This document shows positions 28,401 to 44,000 of a DNA stretch of 64,000 nt, one piece after another (the first letter of the stretch is position 1; the number at the start of each line of letters is the position of its first letter). Both the position numbers and the translations under genes were made by a program. Below the pieces are notes generated by a model that was not told where the DNA came from, made no database searches, and was given only the letters and a program-made list of their open reading frames with translations. The stretch is from the human T2T-CHM13v2.0 reference genome, Homo sapiens, in the NCBI RefSeq assembly GCF_009914755.1, contig NC_060933.1. The stretch is one strand, 5' to 3'.

Positions 28401-31400
28401 GAGTGGAATGGAATGGAATGGAAAAGAATGGAACAACCCGAATGGAATGGAATGTAATGGAGAGTAAGGGAGTTGAATAGAATCAATCCGAATGAAATGG
28501 AATTGAATGCAACGGAATGGAATGGAATGGAATGGAATGGAATGCAATGGAATGGAATCAACCCGAGTACAATGAAACGGAATGGAATGGAATGGAATGG
28601 AATGGAATGGAATGGAATGGAATGGAATGGAATGGAATGCCTTCAAACCGAATGGAATGGAAAGGAATGGAATCAACACGAGTGGAATGGAATGGAATTG
28701 AATGGAATGGAATGGAATGATAAGGAATAGAATGGAATGGAACGAAATGGAATGGAATGGAATGGAATGGAATGGAACGGAATGGAATCGTTCCGAGTCT
28801 AATAGGAAGGAATGTATTCGAGTGGAATGGAAAGGAATGGAATCAACCAGAGTGGAATGGAAGGGAATGGAATGGATTGGAAACTAATAGAATGGAATCA
28901 ACCTGAGTGGAATGGAATGGAAAGGACTGGAATGGAAAGGAATGGAATGGAATGGAATGGAATGGAATGGAATGGAATGGAATCAACGCGAGTGCAGGGG
29001 AATGGAATGGAATCGAATGGAATAGAATGGAATGGAATGGAATCAACCCGAGTGCAGGGGAATGTAATGGAACGGAACGCAATGGAATGGAATCATCCGG
29101 AATGGAATGGAATGGAATGGAATGGAATCAACCCGAGTGCAATGGAATGGAGTGGAATGGAATGCAATGGAATGGAACAACCCGAATGGAATGGAATGTA
29201 ATGGAGAGTAAGGGAGTTGAATAGAATCAATCCGAATGTAATGTAATGGAATGGAACGGAATGGAATTGAATGGAATGGAATGGAATGCAATGGAATGGA
29301 ATCAACCCGAGTGCAATGGAATGGAGAGGAATGGAATGGAATGGAATGGAAACTACCCGAATGGAATGGAATGTAATGGAGTGTAAGGGAATTGAATAGA
29401 ATCAATCCGAATGTAATGAAATGGAATGGAACGGAATGGAATGGAATGGAATGGAATGGAATCGATTGGAATGCAATGGAATGGAATGAACCCGAGTGCA
29501 ATAGAATGGAATCGAATGGAATGGAATGCAATGGAATGGATTCAACTTGAATGCAATGGAAAGAATGGAATCAACACGAGTGGAATGGCATGGATTGGAA
29601 TGGAATGGAATGGAATCAACCCGAGTACAGGGGAATGGAATGGAATGGAATGCAATGGAATGGAATCATCCGTAATGGAATGGAAAGGAATGGAATGGAA
29701 TGGAATGGAATGGAATGGAATGGAATGGAATGGAATCAACTCGATTGCAATCGAATGGAATGGAATGGAATTAACCCGAATAGAATGGAATGGAATGGAA
29801 TGGAACGGAATGGAATGGAATGGAATGGAATGGAATGGAATGGAATGGAACGGAACGGAATGGAATGGAATGGAATGGAATGGAATCAATGCGACTGCAG
29901 GGGAATGGAATGGAATGGAATGCAATGGAATGGAATCTTCCGGAATGGAATGGAATGGAATGGAATGGAATGGAATGGAATGGAATTGAATGGAATGGAA
30001 TGAAATGCAATGGATTCAAATAGATTGCAATGGAATGGAATAGAATGGAATGGAATGCAATGGAATGGAATTAATCCGAATAGAATGGAATGGAATGGAA
30101 TGGAACGGAATGGAACGGAATGGAATGGAATGGAATGGAATGGAATGGTATGGAATGGAATGGAATGGTACGGAATAGAATGGAATGGAAAGAATTGTAA
30201 TGGAATGGAATTGAATGGAATGGAATGGAATGGAATGGAATCAACGCGAGTGCAGGGGAATGTAATGGAACGGAATGCAATGGAATGGAATCATCCGGAA
30301 TGGAATGGAATGGAATGGAATGGAATGGAATGGAATCAACCCGAGTGCAATGGAATGGAGTGGAATGGAATGGAATGGAATGGAAGAATCCGAATGGAAT
30401 GGAATGTAATGGAGAGTAAGGGAGTTGAAAAGAATCAATCCGAATGTAATGGAATGGAACGGAATGGAATGGAATGGAATGGAATGGAATGGAATGGAAT
30501 GGAATGGAATGGAATCAACCCGAGTACAATGGAATGGAATGGAATGGAATGGAATGGAATGGAATGGAATGATACGGAATAGAATGGAATGGAAAGAAAT
30601 GGAATGGAATGGAATGGAATGGAATGGAATGGAATGGAATGGAATGGAGTCGTTCTGAGTGGAATAGGAGGGAATGTATTCGAGTGGAATGGAAAGGAAT
30701 GGAATCAACCAGAGTGGAAAGGAAGGGAATGGAATGGAATGGAAACTAATAGAATGGAATCAACCCGAGTGGAATCGAATGGAAAGGACTGGAATGGAAA
30801 GGAATGAAATGGAATGGAATGGAATGGAATCAACGCGAGTGCAGGGGAATGGAATGGAATCGAATGCAATGGAATGGAATGGAATGGAATCAACCCGAGT
30901 GCAGGGGAATGTAATGGAACGGAATGCAATGGAATGGAATCATCCGGAATGGAATGGAATGCAATGGAATGGAATCAACCCGAGTGCAATGGAATGGAGT
31001 GGAATGGAATGGAATGGAATGGAACAATCCGAATGGAATGGAATGTAATGGAGAGTAAGGGAGTTCAAAAGAATCAATCCGAATGTAATGCAATGGAACG
31101 GAATGGAATGGAATGGAATGGAATGGAATGGAATGGAATGGAATGGAATGGAATGGATTGCAATGGAATGGAATCAACCCGAGTACAATGGAATTGAATG
31201 GAATGGAATGGAATGGAATGGAATGGAATATAATCAACGCGAGTGCAGGGGAATGGAATGTAATGGAATGCAATGGAATGGAATCTTCCGGAATGGAATG
31301 GAATGGAATGGAATCAACCTGAGTGCAATGGAATGAAGTGGAATGGAATGGAATGGAAAGAAACAACCCGAATGGAATGGAATGTAATGGAGAGTAAGGG

Positions 31401-34400
31401 AGTTGAATAGAATCAATCCGAATGTAATGGAATGGAATGGAACGGAATGGAATGGAATGAAATAGAATGGAATGCAATGGATTCAACTCGATTGCAATGG
31501 AATGGAATAGAATGGAATGGAATGGACTGGAATGGTATGGAATGGAATGGAATGGTACGGAATAGAATGGAATGGAAATAATTGGAATGGAATGGAATCG
31601 AATGGAATGGAATGGAATGGAATGGAATCAACCCGAGTGCAGGGGAATGTAATGGAACGGAATGTAATGGAATGGAATCATCCGGAATGGAATGGAATGG
31701 AATGGAATGGAATGGAATGGAATGGAACCAACTCGATTGTGATGGAATGGAATGGAATGGAATGGAATGGAATGGAATGGAATTAACCCGAATACAATGG
31801 AATGGAATGGAACGGAATGGAGTTGAATGGAATGGAATCAACCCGAGTGCAGGGGAATGGAATGGAATGGAATGCAATGGAATGGAATCATCCGGAATGG
31901 AAAGGAATGGAATGGAATGCAAAGCAATGGAATCAATTCGATTGCAATGGAATGGAATGGAATGGAAAGGAATACATTGGAATCAACCCGAGTGGAATGG
32001 AATGGAAAGGACTGGAATGGAGTGGAATGGAATGGAATGGAATGGAATGGAATGGAATCAACTCGATTGGAATGGAATGGAATGGAATGGAATGGAATTA
32101 ACCCGAATAGAATGGAATGGAATGGAATGGAATGGAATGCAATGGAATGGAATCATCCGTAATGGAATGGAAAGGAATGCAATGGAATGGAATGGAAAGG
32201 AATGGAATGGAATGGAATCAACTCGATTGCAGTCGAATGGAATGGAATGGAATTAACCCGAATAGAATGGAATGGAATGGAATGGAACGGAACGGAACGG
32301 AACGGAACGGAATGGAATGGAATGGAATGGAATGGAATGGAACGGAAAGGAATGGAATGGAATGGAATGGAATGGAATGGAATGGAATCAACGCGAGTGC
32401 AGGGGAATGGAATGGAATGGAATGCAATGGAATGGAATGTTCCGGAATGGAATGGAATGGAATGGAATGGAATGGAATGGAATCAACCCGAGTGCAATGG
32501 AATGGACTGGAATGCAATGGAATGGAATGGAACAACCCGAATGGAATGGAATGTAATGGAGAGTAAGGGAGTTGAATAGAATCAATCCGAATGTAATGGA
32601 ATGGAATGGAACGGAATGGAATTGAATGGAATGGAATGGAATGCAATGGAATGGAATCAACCCGAGTGCAATGGAATGGAGAGGAATGGAATGGAATGGA
32701 ATGGAAACTACCCGAATGGAATGGAATGTAATGGAGTGTAAGGGAATTGAATAGAATCAATCCGAATGGAATGGAAAGGAATGGAACGGAATGGAATGGA
32801 ATGGAATGGACTGGAATGGAATGCAATGGAATGGAATCAACCCGAGTGCAATCGAATGGAATCGAATGGAATGGAATGCAATGGAATGGATTCAACTTGA
32901 ATGGAATGGAAAGAATGGAATCAACACGAGTGGAAGGGCATGGATTGGAATGCAATGGAATGGAATCAACCCGAGTACAGGGGAATGGAATGGAATGGAA
33001 TGCAATGGAATGGAATCATCCGTAATGGAATGGAAAGGAATGGAATGGAATGGAATGGAATGGAATGGAATGGAATGGAATGGAATCAACAGGATTACAA
33101 CAGAATGGAATGGAATGGAATTAACCCGAATAGAATGGAATGGAATGGAATGGAACGGAACGGAACGGAACGGAATGGAATGGAATGGAATGGAATGGAA
33201 TGGAAATGAATGGAACGGAACGGAACGGAATGGAATGGAATGGAATGGAATGGAATGGAATCAACGCGAGTGCAGGGGAATGGAATGTAATGGAATGCAA
33301 TGGAATGGAATCTTCCGGAATGGAATGGAATGGAATGGAATGGAATAAACCCGAGTGCAATGGAATGGAGTGGAATGGAATGGAATGGAATGTAACAACC
33401 CGAATGAAATGTAATGTAATGGAGAGTAAGGGAGTTGAATAGAATCAATCCGAATGTAATGGAATGGAATGGAACGGAATGGAATTGAATGGAATGGAAT
33501 GGAATGCAATGGAATGGAATCAACCCGAGTGCAATGGAATGGAGAGGAATGGAATGGAATGGACTGGAAACTACCCGAATGGAATGGAATGTAATGGAGT
33601 GTAAGGGAATTGAATAGAATCAATCCGAATGTAATGGAAAGGAATGGAACTGAATGGAATGGAATGGAATGGAATGGAATGGAATGGAATGCAATGGAAT
33701 GGAATCAACCCGAGTGCAATCGAATGGAATCGATTGGAATGGAATGCAATGGAATGGAATCAACTCGATTGCAATCGAATGGAATGGAATGGAATTAACC
33801 CGAATAGAATGGAATGGAATGGAATGGAAAGGAACGGAATGGAATAGAATGGAATGGAATGGAATGAAATGCAATGGATTCAACTCGATTGCAATGGAAT
33901 GGAATAGAATGGAATGGAACGGAATGGAATAGAATTAACCCGAATAGAATGGAATGGAATGTAATGGAACGGAATGGAACGGAATGGAATGGAATGGAAT
34001 GGAATGGAATGGTATGGAATGGAATGGAATGGTACGGAATAGAATGGAATGTAACGAATTGTAATGGAATGGAATTGAATGGAATGGAATGGAATCAACG
34101 CGAGTGCAGGGGAATGTAATGGAACGGAATGCAATGGAATGGAATCATCCGGAATGGAATGGAATGGAATGGAATGGAGTGGAATGGAATCAACCCGAGT
34201 GCAATGGAATGGAGTGGAATGGAATGGAATGGAATGGAACAACCCGAATGGAATGGAATGTAATGGAGAATAAGGGAGTTGAATAGAATCATTCCGAATG
34301 TAATGGAATGGAATGCAACGGAATGGAATGGAATGCAATGCAATGGAATGCAATCAACCCGAGTACAATGGAATGGAATGGAATGGAATGGAATGGAATG

Positions 34401-37400
34401 GAATGCCTTCAAACCGAATGGAATGGAAAGGAATGGAATCAACACGAGTGGAATGGAATGGAATGGAATCGAATGGAATGGAATGGAATGATACGGAATA
34501 GAATGGAATGGAACGAAATGGAATGGAATGGAATGGAATGGAATGGAATGGATTCAACTTGAATGGAATGGAAAGAATGGAATCAACACGAGTGAAATGG
34601 CATGGATTGGAATGGAATGGAATGGAATGAACCCGAGTACAGGGGAATGGAATGGAATGGAATGCAATGGAATGGAATCATCCGTAATGGAATGGAAAGG
34701 AATGGAATGGATTGGAATGGAATGGAATGGAATGGAATGGAATCAACTCGATTGCAATCGAATGGAATGGAATGGAATTAACCCGAATAGAATGGAATGG
34801 AATGGAATGGAACGGAATGGAACGGAATGGAATGGAATGGAATGGAATGGAATGGAACGGAAAGGAATGGAATGGAATGGAATGGAATGGAATGGAATGG
34901 AATGGTATGGAATGGAATGGAATCAACGCGAGTGCAGGGGAATGGAATGGAATGGAATGCAATGGAATGGAATCTTCCGGAATGGAATGGAATGGAATGG
35001 AATGGAATGGAATGGAATGGAATAAACCCGAGTGCAATGGAATGGAGTGGAATGGAATGGAATGGAATGGAACAGCCCGAATGGAATGGAATGTAATGGA
35101 GAGTAAGGGAGTTGAATAGAATCAATCCGAATGTAAAGGAATAGAATGGAACGGAATGGAATTGAATGGAATGGAATGGAATGCAATGGAATGGAATCAA
35201 CCCGAGTGCAATGGAATGGAGAGGAATGGAATGGAATGGAGTGGAAACTACCCGAATGGAATGGAATGTAATGGAGTGTAAGGGAATTGAATAGAATCAA
35301 TCCGAATGTAATGGAATGGAATGGAACGGAATGGAATGGAATGGAATGGAATGGAATGGAATGGAATAGAATGCAATGGAATGGAATCAACCCGAGTGCA
35401 ATCGAATGGAATCGAATGGAATGGAATGCAATGGAATGGATTCAACTTGAATGGAATGGAAAGAATGGAATCAACACGAGTGGAAGGGCATGGATTGGAA
35501 TGCAATGGAATGGAGTCAACCCGAGTACAGGGGAATGGAATGGAATGGAATGGAATGGAATGGAATGGAATCAACACGATTGCAATCGAATGGAATGGAA
35601 TGGAATTAACCCGAATAGAATGGAATGGAATGGAATGGAACGGAACGGAATGGAATGGAATGGAATGGAATGGAAAGGAACGGAAGGGAATGGAATGGAA
35701 TGGAATGGAATGGAATGGAATGGAATGGAATCAACGCGAGTGCAGGGGAATGGAATGGAATGGAATGCAATGGAATGGAATCTTCCGGAATGGAATGGAA
35801 TGGAATGGAATGGAATGAAATGCAATGGATTCAACTCGATTGCAATGGAATGGAAAAGAATGGAATGGAATGGAATGGAATGGAATTAACCCGAATAGAA
35901 TGGAATGGAATGGAATGGAATGGAATGGAATGGAATGGAATGGAATGGAATGGTATGAAATGGAATGGAATGGTACGGAATAGAATGGAATGGAACGAAT
36001 TGTAATGGAATGGAATTGAATAGAATGGAATGGAATGGAATGGAATCAACGCGAGTGCAGGGGAATGTAATGGAACGGAATGCAATGGAATGGAATCATC
36101 CGGAATGGAATGGAATGGAATGGAATGGAATGGAATGGAATGGAATGGAATCAACCCGAGTGCAATGGAATGGAGTGGAATGGAATGGAATGGAATGGAA
36201 CAACCCGAATGGAATGGAATGTAATGGACAGTAAGGGAGTTGAATAGAATCAATCTGAATGTAATGGAATGGAATGCAACGGAATGGAATGGAATGGAAT
36301 GGAATGGAATGCAATGGAATGGAATCAACCCGAGTACAATGGAATGGAATGGAATGGAATGGAATGGAATGAAATGGAATGGAATTGAATGGAATGATAC
36401 GGAAAAGAATGGAATGGAACGAAATGGAATGGAATGGAATGGAATGGAATGGAATGGAATGGAATGGAATCGTTCCGAGTGGAATAGGAGGGAATGTATT
36501 CGAGTGGAATGGAAAGGAATGGAATCAACCAGAGTGGAATGGAACGGAATGGAATGGAATGGAAACTAATAGAATGGAATCAACCCGAGTGGAATGGAAT
36601 GGAAAGGACTGGAATGGAATGGAATGGAATGGAATCAACTCAATTGTAATGGAATGGAATGGAATGGAATGGAATTAACCTGAATACAATGCAATGGAAT
36701 GGAATGGAACGGAATGGAGAGGAATGGAATGGAATCAACCCGAGTGCAGGGGAATGGAATGGAATGGAATGCAATGGAATGGAATCATCCGGAATGGAAT
36801 GGAATGGAATGGAATGGAATGCAAAGCAATGGAATCAACTCGATTGCAATGGAATGGAATGGAATGGAAAGGAATACATTGGAATCAACCCGAGTGGAAT
36901 GGAATGGAAAGGACTGGAATGGAGTGGAATGGAATGGAATGGAATGGAATGGAATCAACTCGATTGGAATGGAATGGAATGGAATTGAATGGAATTAACC
37001 CGAATAGAATGCAATGGAATGGAATGGAACGGAACGGAATGGAATGGAATGGAATGGAATGGAATGGAATGGAAACAACCCGACTGCAGGGGAATGGAAT
37101 GGAATGGAATGGAATGCAATGGAATGGATTCAACATGAATGGAATGGAAAGAATGGAATCAACACGAGTGGAATGGCATGGATTGGAATGGAATGGAATG
37201 GAATCAACCCGAGTACAGGGGAATGGAATGGAATGGAATGCAATGGAATGGAATCATCCGTAATGTAATGGAAAGGAGTGGAATGGAATGGAATGGAATG
37301 GAATGGAATGGAATCAACTCGTTGGCAATCGAATGGAATGGAATGGAATTAACCCGAATAGAATGGAATGGAATGGAATGGAACGGAACGGAACGGAATG

Positions 37401-39189
37401 GAATGGATTGGAATGGAATGGAATGGAATGGAATGGAACGGAAAGGAATGGAATAGAATGGAATGGAATGGAATGTAATCAACGCGAATGCAGGGGAATG
37501 GAATGGAATGGAATGCAATGGAATGGAATCTTCCGGAATGGAATGGAATGGAATGGAATGGAATGGAATGGAATAAACCCGAGTGCAATGGAATGGAGTG
37601 GAATGGAATGGAATGGAATGGAACAACCCGAATGGAATGGAATGTCATGGAGAGTAAGGGAGTTGAATTGAATCAATCCGAATGTAATGGAATGGAATGG
37701 AACGGAATGGAATTGAATGGAATGGAATGGAATGCAATGGAATGGAATCATCCGTAATGGAATGGAAAGGAAAGGAATGGAATGGAATGGAATGGAATGG
37801 AATGGAATCAACTCGATTGCAATCGAGTGGAATGGAATGGAATTAACTGGAATAGAATGGAATGCAATGGAATGGAACGGAATGGAATGGAATGGAAGGG
37901 AATGGAATCAACACGAGTGCAGGGGAATGGAATGGAATGGAATGCAATGGAATGGAATCATCCGGAATGGAATGGAATGGAATGGAATGGAATGCAATGG
38001 AATGGAATCATCCGGAATGGAATGGAATGGAATGGAATGGAATCAACTCCATTGCAATGGAATGCAATGGAATGGAATGGAATAGAATGGAATGGAATTA
38101 ACCCGAATAGAATGGAATGCAATAGAATGGAATGGAACGGAACCAAATGGAGTGGAATGGAATGGAATGGAATCAACCTGAGTGCAGGGGAATGGAATGG
38201 AACGGAATGCAATGGAATGGAATCATCCGGAATGGAATGGAATGGAATGGAATGGAATCAAACCGAGTGCAATGGAATGGAGTGAAATGGAATGGAATGG
38301 AATGGAAACAACCAGAATGGATTGGAATATAATGGAGTGTAAGGGAATTGAATAGAATCAATCTGAATGTAATGAAATGGAATGGAATGGAATGGAATGG
38401 AATCGAATGGAATGGAATGGAATGGAATCAACCCGAGTGCAATGGAATGGATTCGAATGGAATGGAATGGAGTGGAATGGATTCAACCCGAATGGAATGG
38501 AAAGGAATGGAATCAACCCGAGTGGAATCGCATGGAATGCAATGGAATGGAATGGAATGGAATGGAATGGAATGGAATGGAATGGAATGGAATGGAATCA
38601 AGTAGATTGCAATGGAATGGAATGGAATGGAATGGAACGGATTGGAATGGAATGGAATGGAATGGAATGGAATTAAATGGAATGGAATGGAATGGAAGAA
38701 ACCCGAGTGCAGGGGAATGGAATGGAATGGAATGCAATGGAATGGAATGGAATGGAATGGAATGGAATGGAATGGAATCAACCCGAGTGGAATGGCATGG
38801 AATGGAATGCAATGGAATGGCATGGAATGGAATCAACTCGAGTGGAAAGGAATGGAATGGAATGGATTGGAATGGATTGCAATGGAATGAAATGCAATGG
38901 AATGGAATGGCATCAATCATTCCGAGTGGAATGGAAGGGAATGTAACGGAGTGGAAAGAAGGGAATGGAATCAACCCGAGTGGAATGCAAGGCAATGGAA
39001 TGGAATGGAAAGGAATGGAATGGAATCAACTCGATTGCAATGGAATGGAATGGAATGGAATGGAATGGAACGGAACGGAATGGAATGGAATGGAATGGAA
39101 TGGAATGGAATGGAATCAACTCGAATGCAGGGGAATGGAATGGAATGGAATGCAATGGAATGGAATCATCCGGAATGGAATGGAATGGA

Positions 39190-41030
39190 ATGGAATGGAA
39201 TCAACTCGATTTCAATGGAATGGAATGGAATAGACTGGAATGGAATTAACACGAATAGAATGGAATGGAATGGAATGGAATGGAATTAACCCGAATAGAA
39301 TGGAATGGAATGGAATTGAACGGAATGTAACGGAATGGAATGGAATGGAATGGAATGGAATGGTATGGAATGGAATGGAATGGAATCATCTTGATTGTAA
39401 TGGAATGGAATGGAATGGAATGGAGTGCAATGGAATGGAATGGAATGGAATTAACCCGAATACAATGGAATGGAATGGAATGGAATGGAATGGAGTGGAA
39501 TGGAATGGAATCAACCCGAGTGCACAGGAATGGAATGGAATGGAATGCAATGGAATGGAATCATCCGGAATGGAATGGAACGGAATGGAATGCAAAACAA
39601 TTCAATGAACTCGATTGCAATGGAATGGAATGGAATGTATATGAATAGAATGGAATCAACCCGAGGGAATGGAATGGAAAGGACTGGAATGGAGTGGAAT
39701 GGAATGGAACGGAATGGAATGGAATCAACTCGATTGGAATGGAGTGCAATGGAATTTGAATGGAATGGAATGGAATGGAATGGAATGGAATTTACCCGAA
39801 TAGAATGGAATGGATTGGAAAGGAATGGAACGGAATGGAATGGAATGGAATGGAATGGAATGGAATGGAATGGAATGGAATGGAATCAACCCGACTGCAC
39901 GGGAATGGAATGGATTGCAATGCAATGGAATGGAATCATCCGGAACGGAATGGAATGGAATGGAATGGAATCAACTCGATTGCAATGGAATGGAATGGAA
40001 TGGAATGGAATGGAATGGAATGGAGTGGAATGGAATGGAATTAACACGAATAGAATGGAATGGAATGGAATGGAAAGGAATGGAAGGGAATGGAATGGAA
40101 TGTAATCAACCCGAGTGCAGGGGAATGGAATGGAATTGAATGCAATGGAATGGAATCATCCGGAATGCAATGGAATGGAATGGAATGGAATGGAATGGAA
40201 TCAACTCGATTTCAATGGAATGGAATGTAATAGAATGGAATGGAATTAACACGAATAGAATGGAATGGAATGGAATGGAATGGAACGGAAAGGAATGGAA
40301 TGGAATGGAATGGAATCAACCCAAGTGCAGGGGAATGGAATGGAATGGAATTCAATGGAATGGAATCATCCGGAATGGAATGGAATGGAATGGAATGGAA
40401 CGGAATGGAACGGAATGAAACGGAATGGAATGGAATGGAATGGAATGGAATGGAATGGTATGGAATGGAATGGAATGGAATCAACTCGATTGTAATGGAA
40501 TGGAATGGAATGGAATGGAATGGAATGGAATGGAATGGAATGGAATTAACCCGAATACAATGGAATGGAATGGAATGGAACGGAATGGAGTGGAATGGAA
40601 TGGAATCAACCCGAGTGCAGGGGAATGGAATGGAATGGAATGCAATGGAATGGAATCATCCGGAATGGAATGGAGTGGAATGGAATGCAAAACAATGGAA
40701 TCAACTCGATTGCAATGGAATGGAATGGAATGGAAATGAATAAAATGGAATCAACCCGAGTGGAATGGAATGGAAAGGACTGGAATGGAGTGGAATGGAA
40801 TGGAAAGGAATGGAATGGAATCAACTCGATTGGAATGGAGTGGAATGGAATTTGAATGGAATGGAATGGAATGGAGTTGACCCGAATAGAATGGAATGGA
40901 ATGGAATGGAATGGAACGGAATGGAATGGAATGGAATGGAATGGAATGGAATGGAATGGAATGGAATCAACCCGACTGCACGGGAATGGAATGGAATGGA
41001 ATGCAATGGAATGGAATCATCCGGAATGGA
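39190..41030 (+). repeat. ~1.0-1.1 kb diverged tandem duplication
   Basis: Shared CGATTTCAAT..TTAACACGA (~39207/40207), TGCAAAACAA (~39591/40686), a +1 insertion GGAATTTGAAT (~39751/40847) and CGACTGCACGG (~39892/40973). The ORF pair 39386/40481 has an offset of 1095. Confidence 0.75.
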
Positions 41031-41099
41031 ATAGAATGGAATGGAATGGAATGGAATGCAATGGAATGGAATCATCCGGAATGGAATAGAATGGAATGG

Positions 41100-44000
41100 A
41101 ATGGAAAGGAATGGAAACATCCCGAATGGAATGGAATGTATTGGAGTGTAAGGGAATTGAATAGAATCAGTCTCAATGTAATGGAAGGGAATGGAATGAA
41201 ATGGAATGGAATGGAATGCAATGGAATGGAATCAAACCGAGTGCAATGGAATGGATTCGAATGGAATGGAATGGAATGGAATGGATTCAACAAGAATGGA
41301 ATGGAAAGGAATGGAATCAACCCGAGTGTAATGGCGTGGAATGGAATGGAATGGAATGGGATGGAATGGAATGGTACGGAATAGAATGGAATGGAATGAA
41401 ATGGAATGGAATGGAATGGAATGGAATGGAATGGAATGGAATGGAATGGTATCAACTCGATTGCAATGGAATGGAATGGAATGGAAGGGAATAGAATGGA
41501 ATCAACCCCACTGGAATGGAATGGAAAGGACTGGAATGGACTGGAATGGAATGGAATGGAATGGAATCAAATCGATTGGAATGCAATGGAATGGAATGGA
41601 ATGCAGTCGAATCAACTAGATTGCAATGGAATGGAATGGAACGGAATGGAATGGAATGGAATGGAATGGAATAGAATTTACCCGAATAGAATGGAATGGA
41701 ATGGAATGGAACGGAATGTAATGGAATGAAATGGAATGGAATCAACCCGAGTGCAGGGGAACGGAATGGAATGGAATGTCATGGAATGCAATCATCCGGA
41801 ATGGAATGGAATGGAATGGAATGGAGTGGAATGGAATGGAATGGAATCAACTCGATTGCAATGGAGTGGAATGGAATGGAAAGGAATGGAAGGGAATGGA
41901 ATGGAATGTAATCAACCCGAGTGCAGGGGAATGGAATGGAATGGAATGCAATGGAATGGAATCATCCAGAATGGAATGGAATGGAATGGAATGGAATACA
42001 ATCAACCCGATGCAATGGAATGGAGTGGAATGGAATGGAATGGAATGGAAACATCCCGAATGGAATGTAATGTAATGGAGTGTAAGGGAATTGAATAGAA
42101 TAAATCCGAATGTAATGGAATGGAATGGAATGAAATGGAATGGAATGGAATGGAATGGAATCAACCCGAGTGCAATGGAATGGATTCGAAAGGAATGGAA
42201 TGGAATGGAATGGATTCAACAGGAATGGAATGGAAAGGAATGGAATCAACCCGAGTGTAATGGCATGGAATGGAATGGAATGGAATGGAATGGGATGGAA
42301 TGGAATGGTACGGAATAGAATGGAATGGAATGAAATGGAATGGAATGGAATTTAATGGAATGGAATGGAATGAACCCGTGTGCAATGGAATGGAATGGAA
42401 TGGAATGGAATGTATGCAACTCGAATGGAATAAACTCGATTGCAATGGAATGGAATGGAATGGAAAGGAATAGAATGGAATCAACCCAAGTGGAATGGAA
42501 AGGAAAGGACTGGAATGGAGTGGAATGGAATGGAATGGAATGGAATCAAATCGATTGGAATGGAATGGAAAGGAATGGAATGGAATGGAATGGAATGGAA
42601 TCAACTCGATTGGAATGGAATGGAATGGAATGGAATGGAATGGTATTAACCTGAATAGAATGGAATGGAATGGAATGGAACGGAATGTAATGGAATGAAA
42701 TGGAATGGAATCAATACGAGTGCAGGGGAATGGAATGGAATGGAATGCAATGGAATGCAATCATCCGGAATGGAATGGAATGGAATGGAATGGAATGGAA
42801 TGGAATGGAATGGAATGGAATGGAATCAACTCGATTGCAATGGAGTGGAATGGAATGGAAAGGAATGGAAGGGAATGGAATGGAATGTAATCAACCCGAG
42901 TGCAGGGGAATGGAATGGAATGGAATGCAATGGAATGGAATCATCCGGAATGGAATGGATTGGAATGGAATGCAATCAACCCGATGCAATGGAATGGAGT
43001 GGAATGGAATGGAATGGAATGGAATGGAAACATCCCGAATGGAATGGAATGTAATGGAGTGTAAGGGAATTGAATAGAATCAATCCGAATGTAATGGAAT
43101 GGAAAGGAATGAAATGGAATGGAATGGAATGGAATGGAATCAACCCGAGTGCAATGGAATGGATTCGAATGGAATGGAATGGAATGGAATGGATTCAACA
43201 AGAATGGAATGCAAAGGAATGGAATCAACCCGAGTGTAATGGCATGGAATGGAATGGAATCGAATGCAATGGGATGGAATGGAATGGAATGGAATGGAAT
43301 GGGATGGAATGGAATGGTACGGAATAGAATGGAATGGAATGAAATGGAATGGAATGGAATTTATGGAATGGAATGGAATGAACCCGTGTGCAATGTAATA
43401 GAATGAAATGGAATGGAATGGATTCAACTCGAATGGAATCAACTCGATTGCAATGGAATGGATTGGAATGGAAAGGAATAGAATGGAATCAACCAGAGTG
43501 GAATGGAATGCAAAGGACTGGAATGGAGTGGAATGGAATGGAATGGAATGGAATGGAATCAACTCGATTGGAATGGAATGGAATGAAATGGAATGGAATT
43601 AACCAGAATAGAATGGAATGGAATGGAATGGAATGGAACCGAACGGAATGGAGTGGAATGGAATGGAATGGAATGGAATCAACCCGACTGCACGGGAATG
43701 GAATGGAATGGAATGCAATGGAATGGAATCATCCGGAACGGAATGGAATGGAATGGAATGGAATCAACTCGATTGCAATGGAATGGAATGAAATGGAATG
43801 GAATGGAATGGAATGGAGTTGAATGGAATGGAATTAACCCGAATAGAATGGAATGGAATGGAATGGTAAGGAATGGAAGGGAATGGAATGGAATGTAATC
43901 AACCCGAGTGCAGGGGAATGGAATGGAATTGAATGCAATGGAACGGAATCATACGGAATGGAATGGAATGGAATGGAATGGAATGGAATGGAATGATCCC

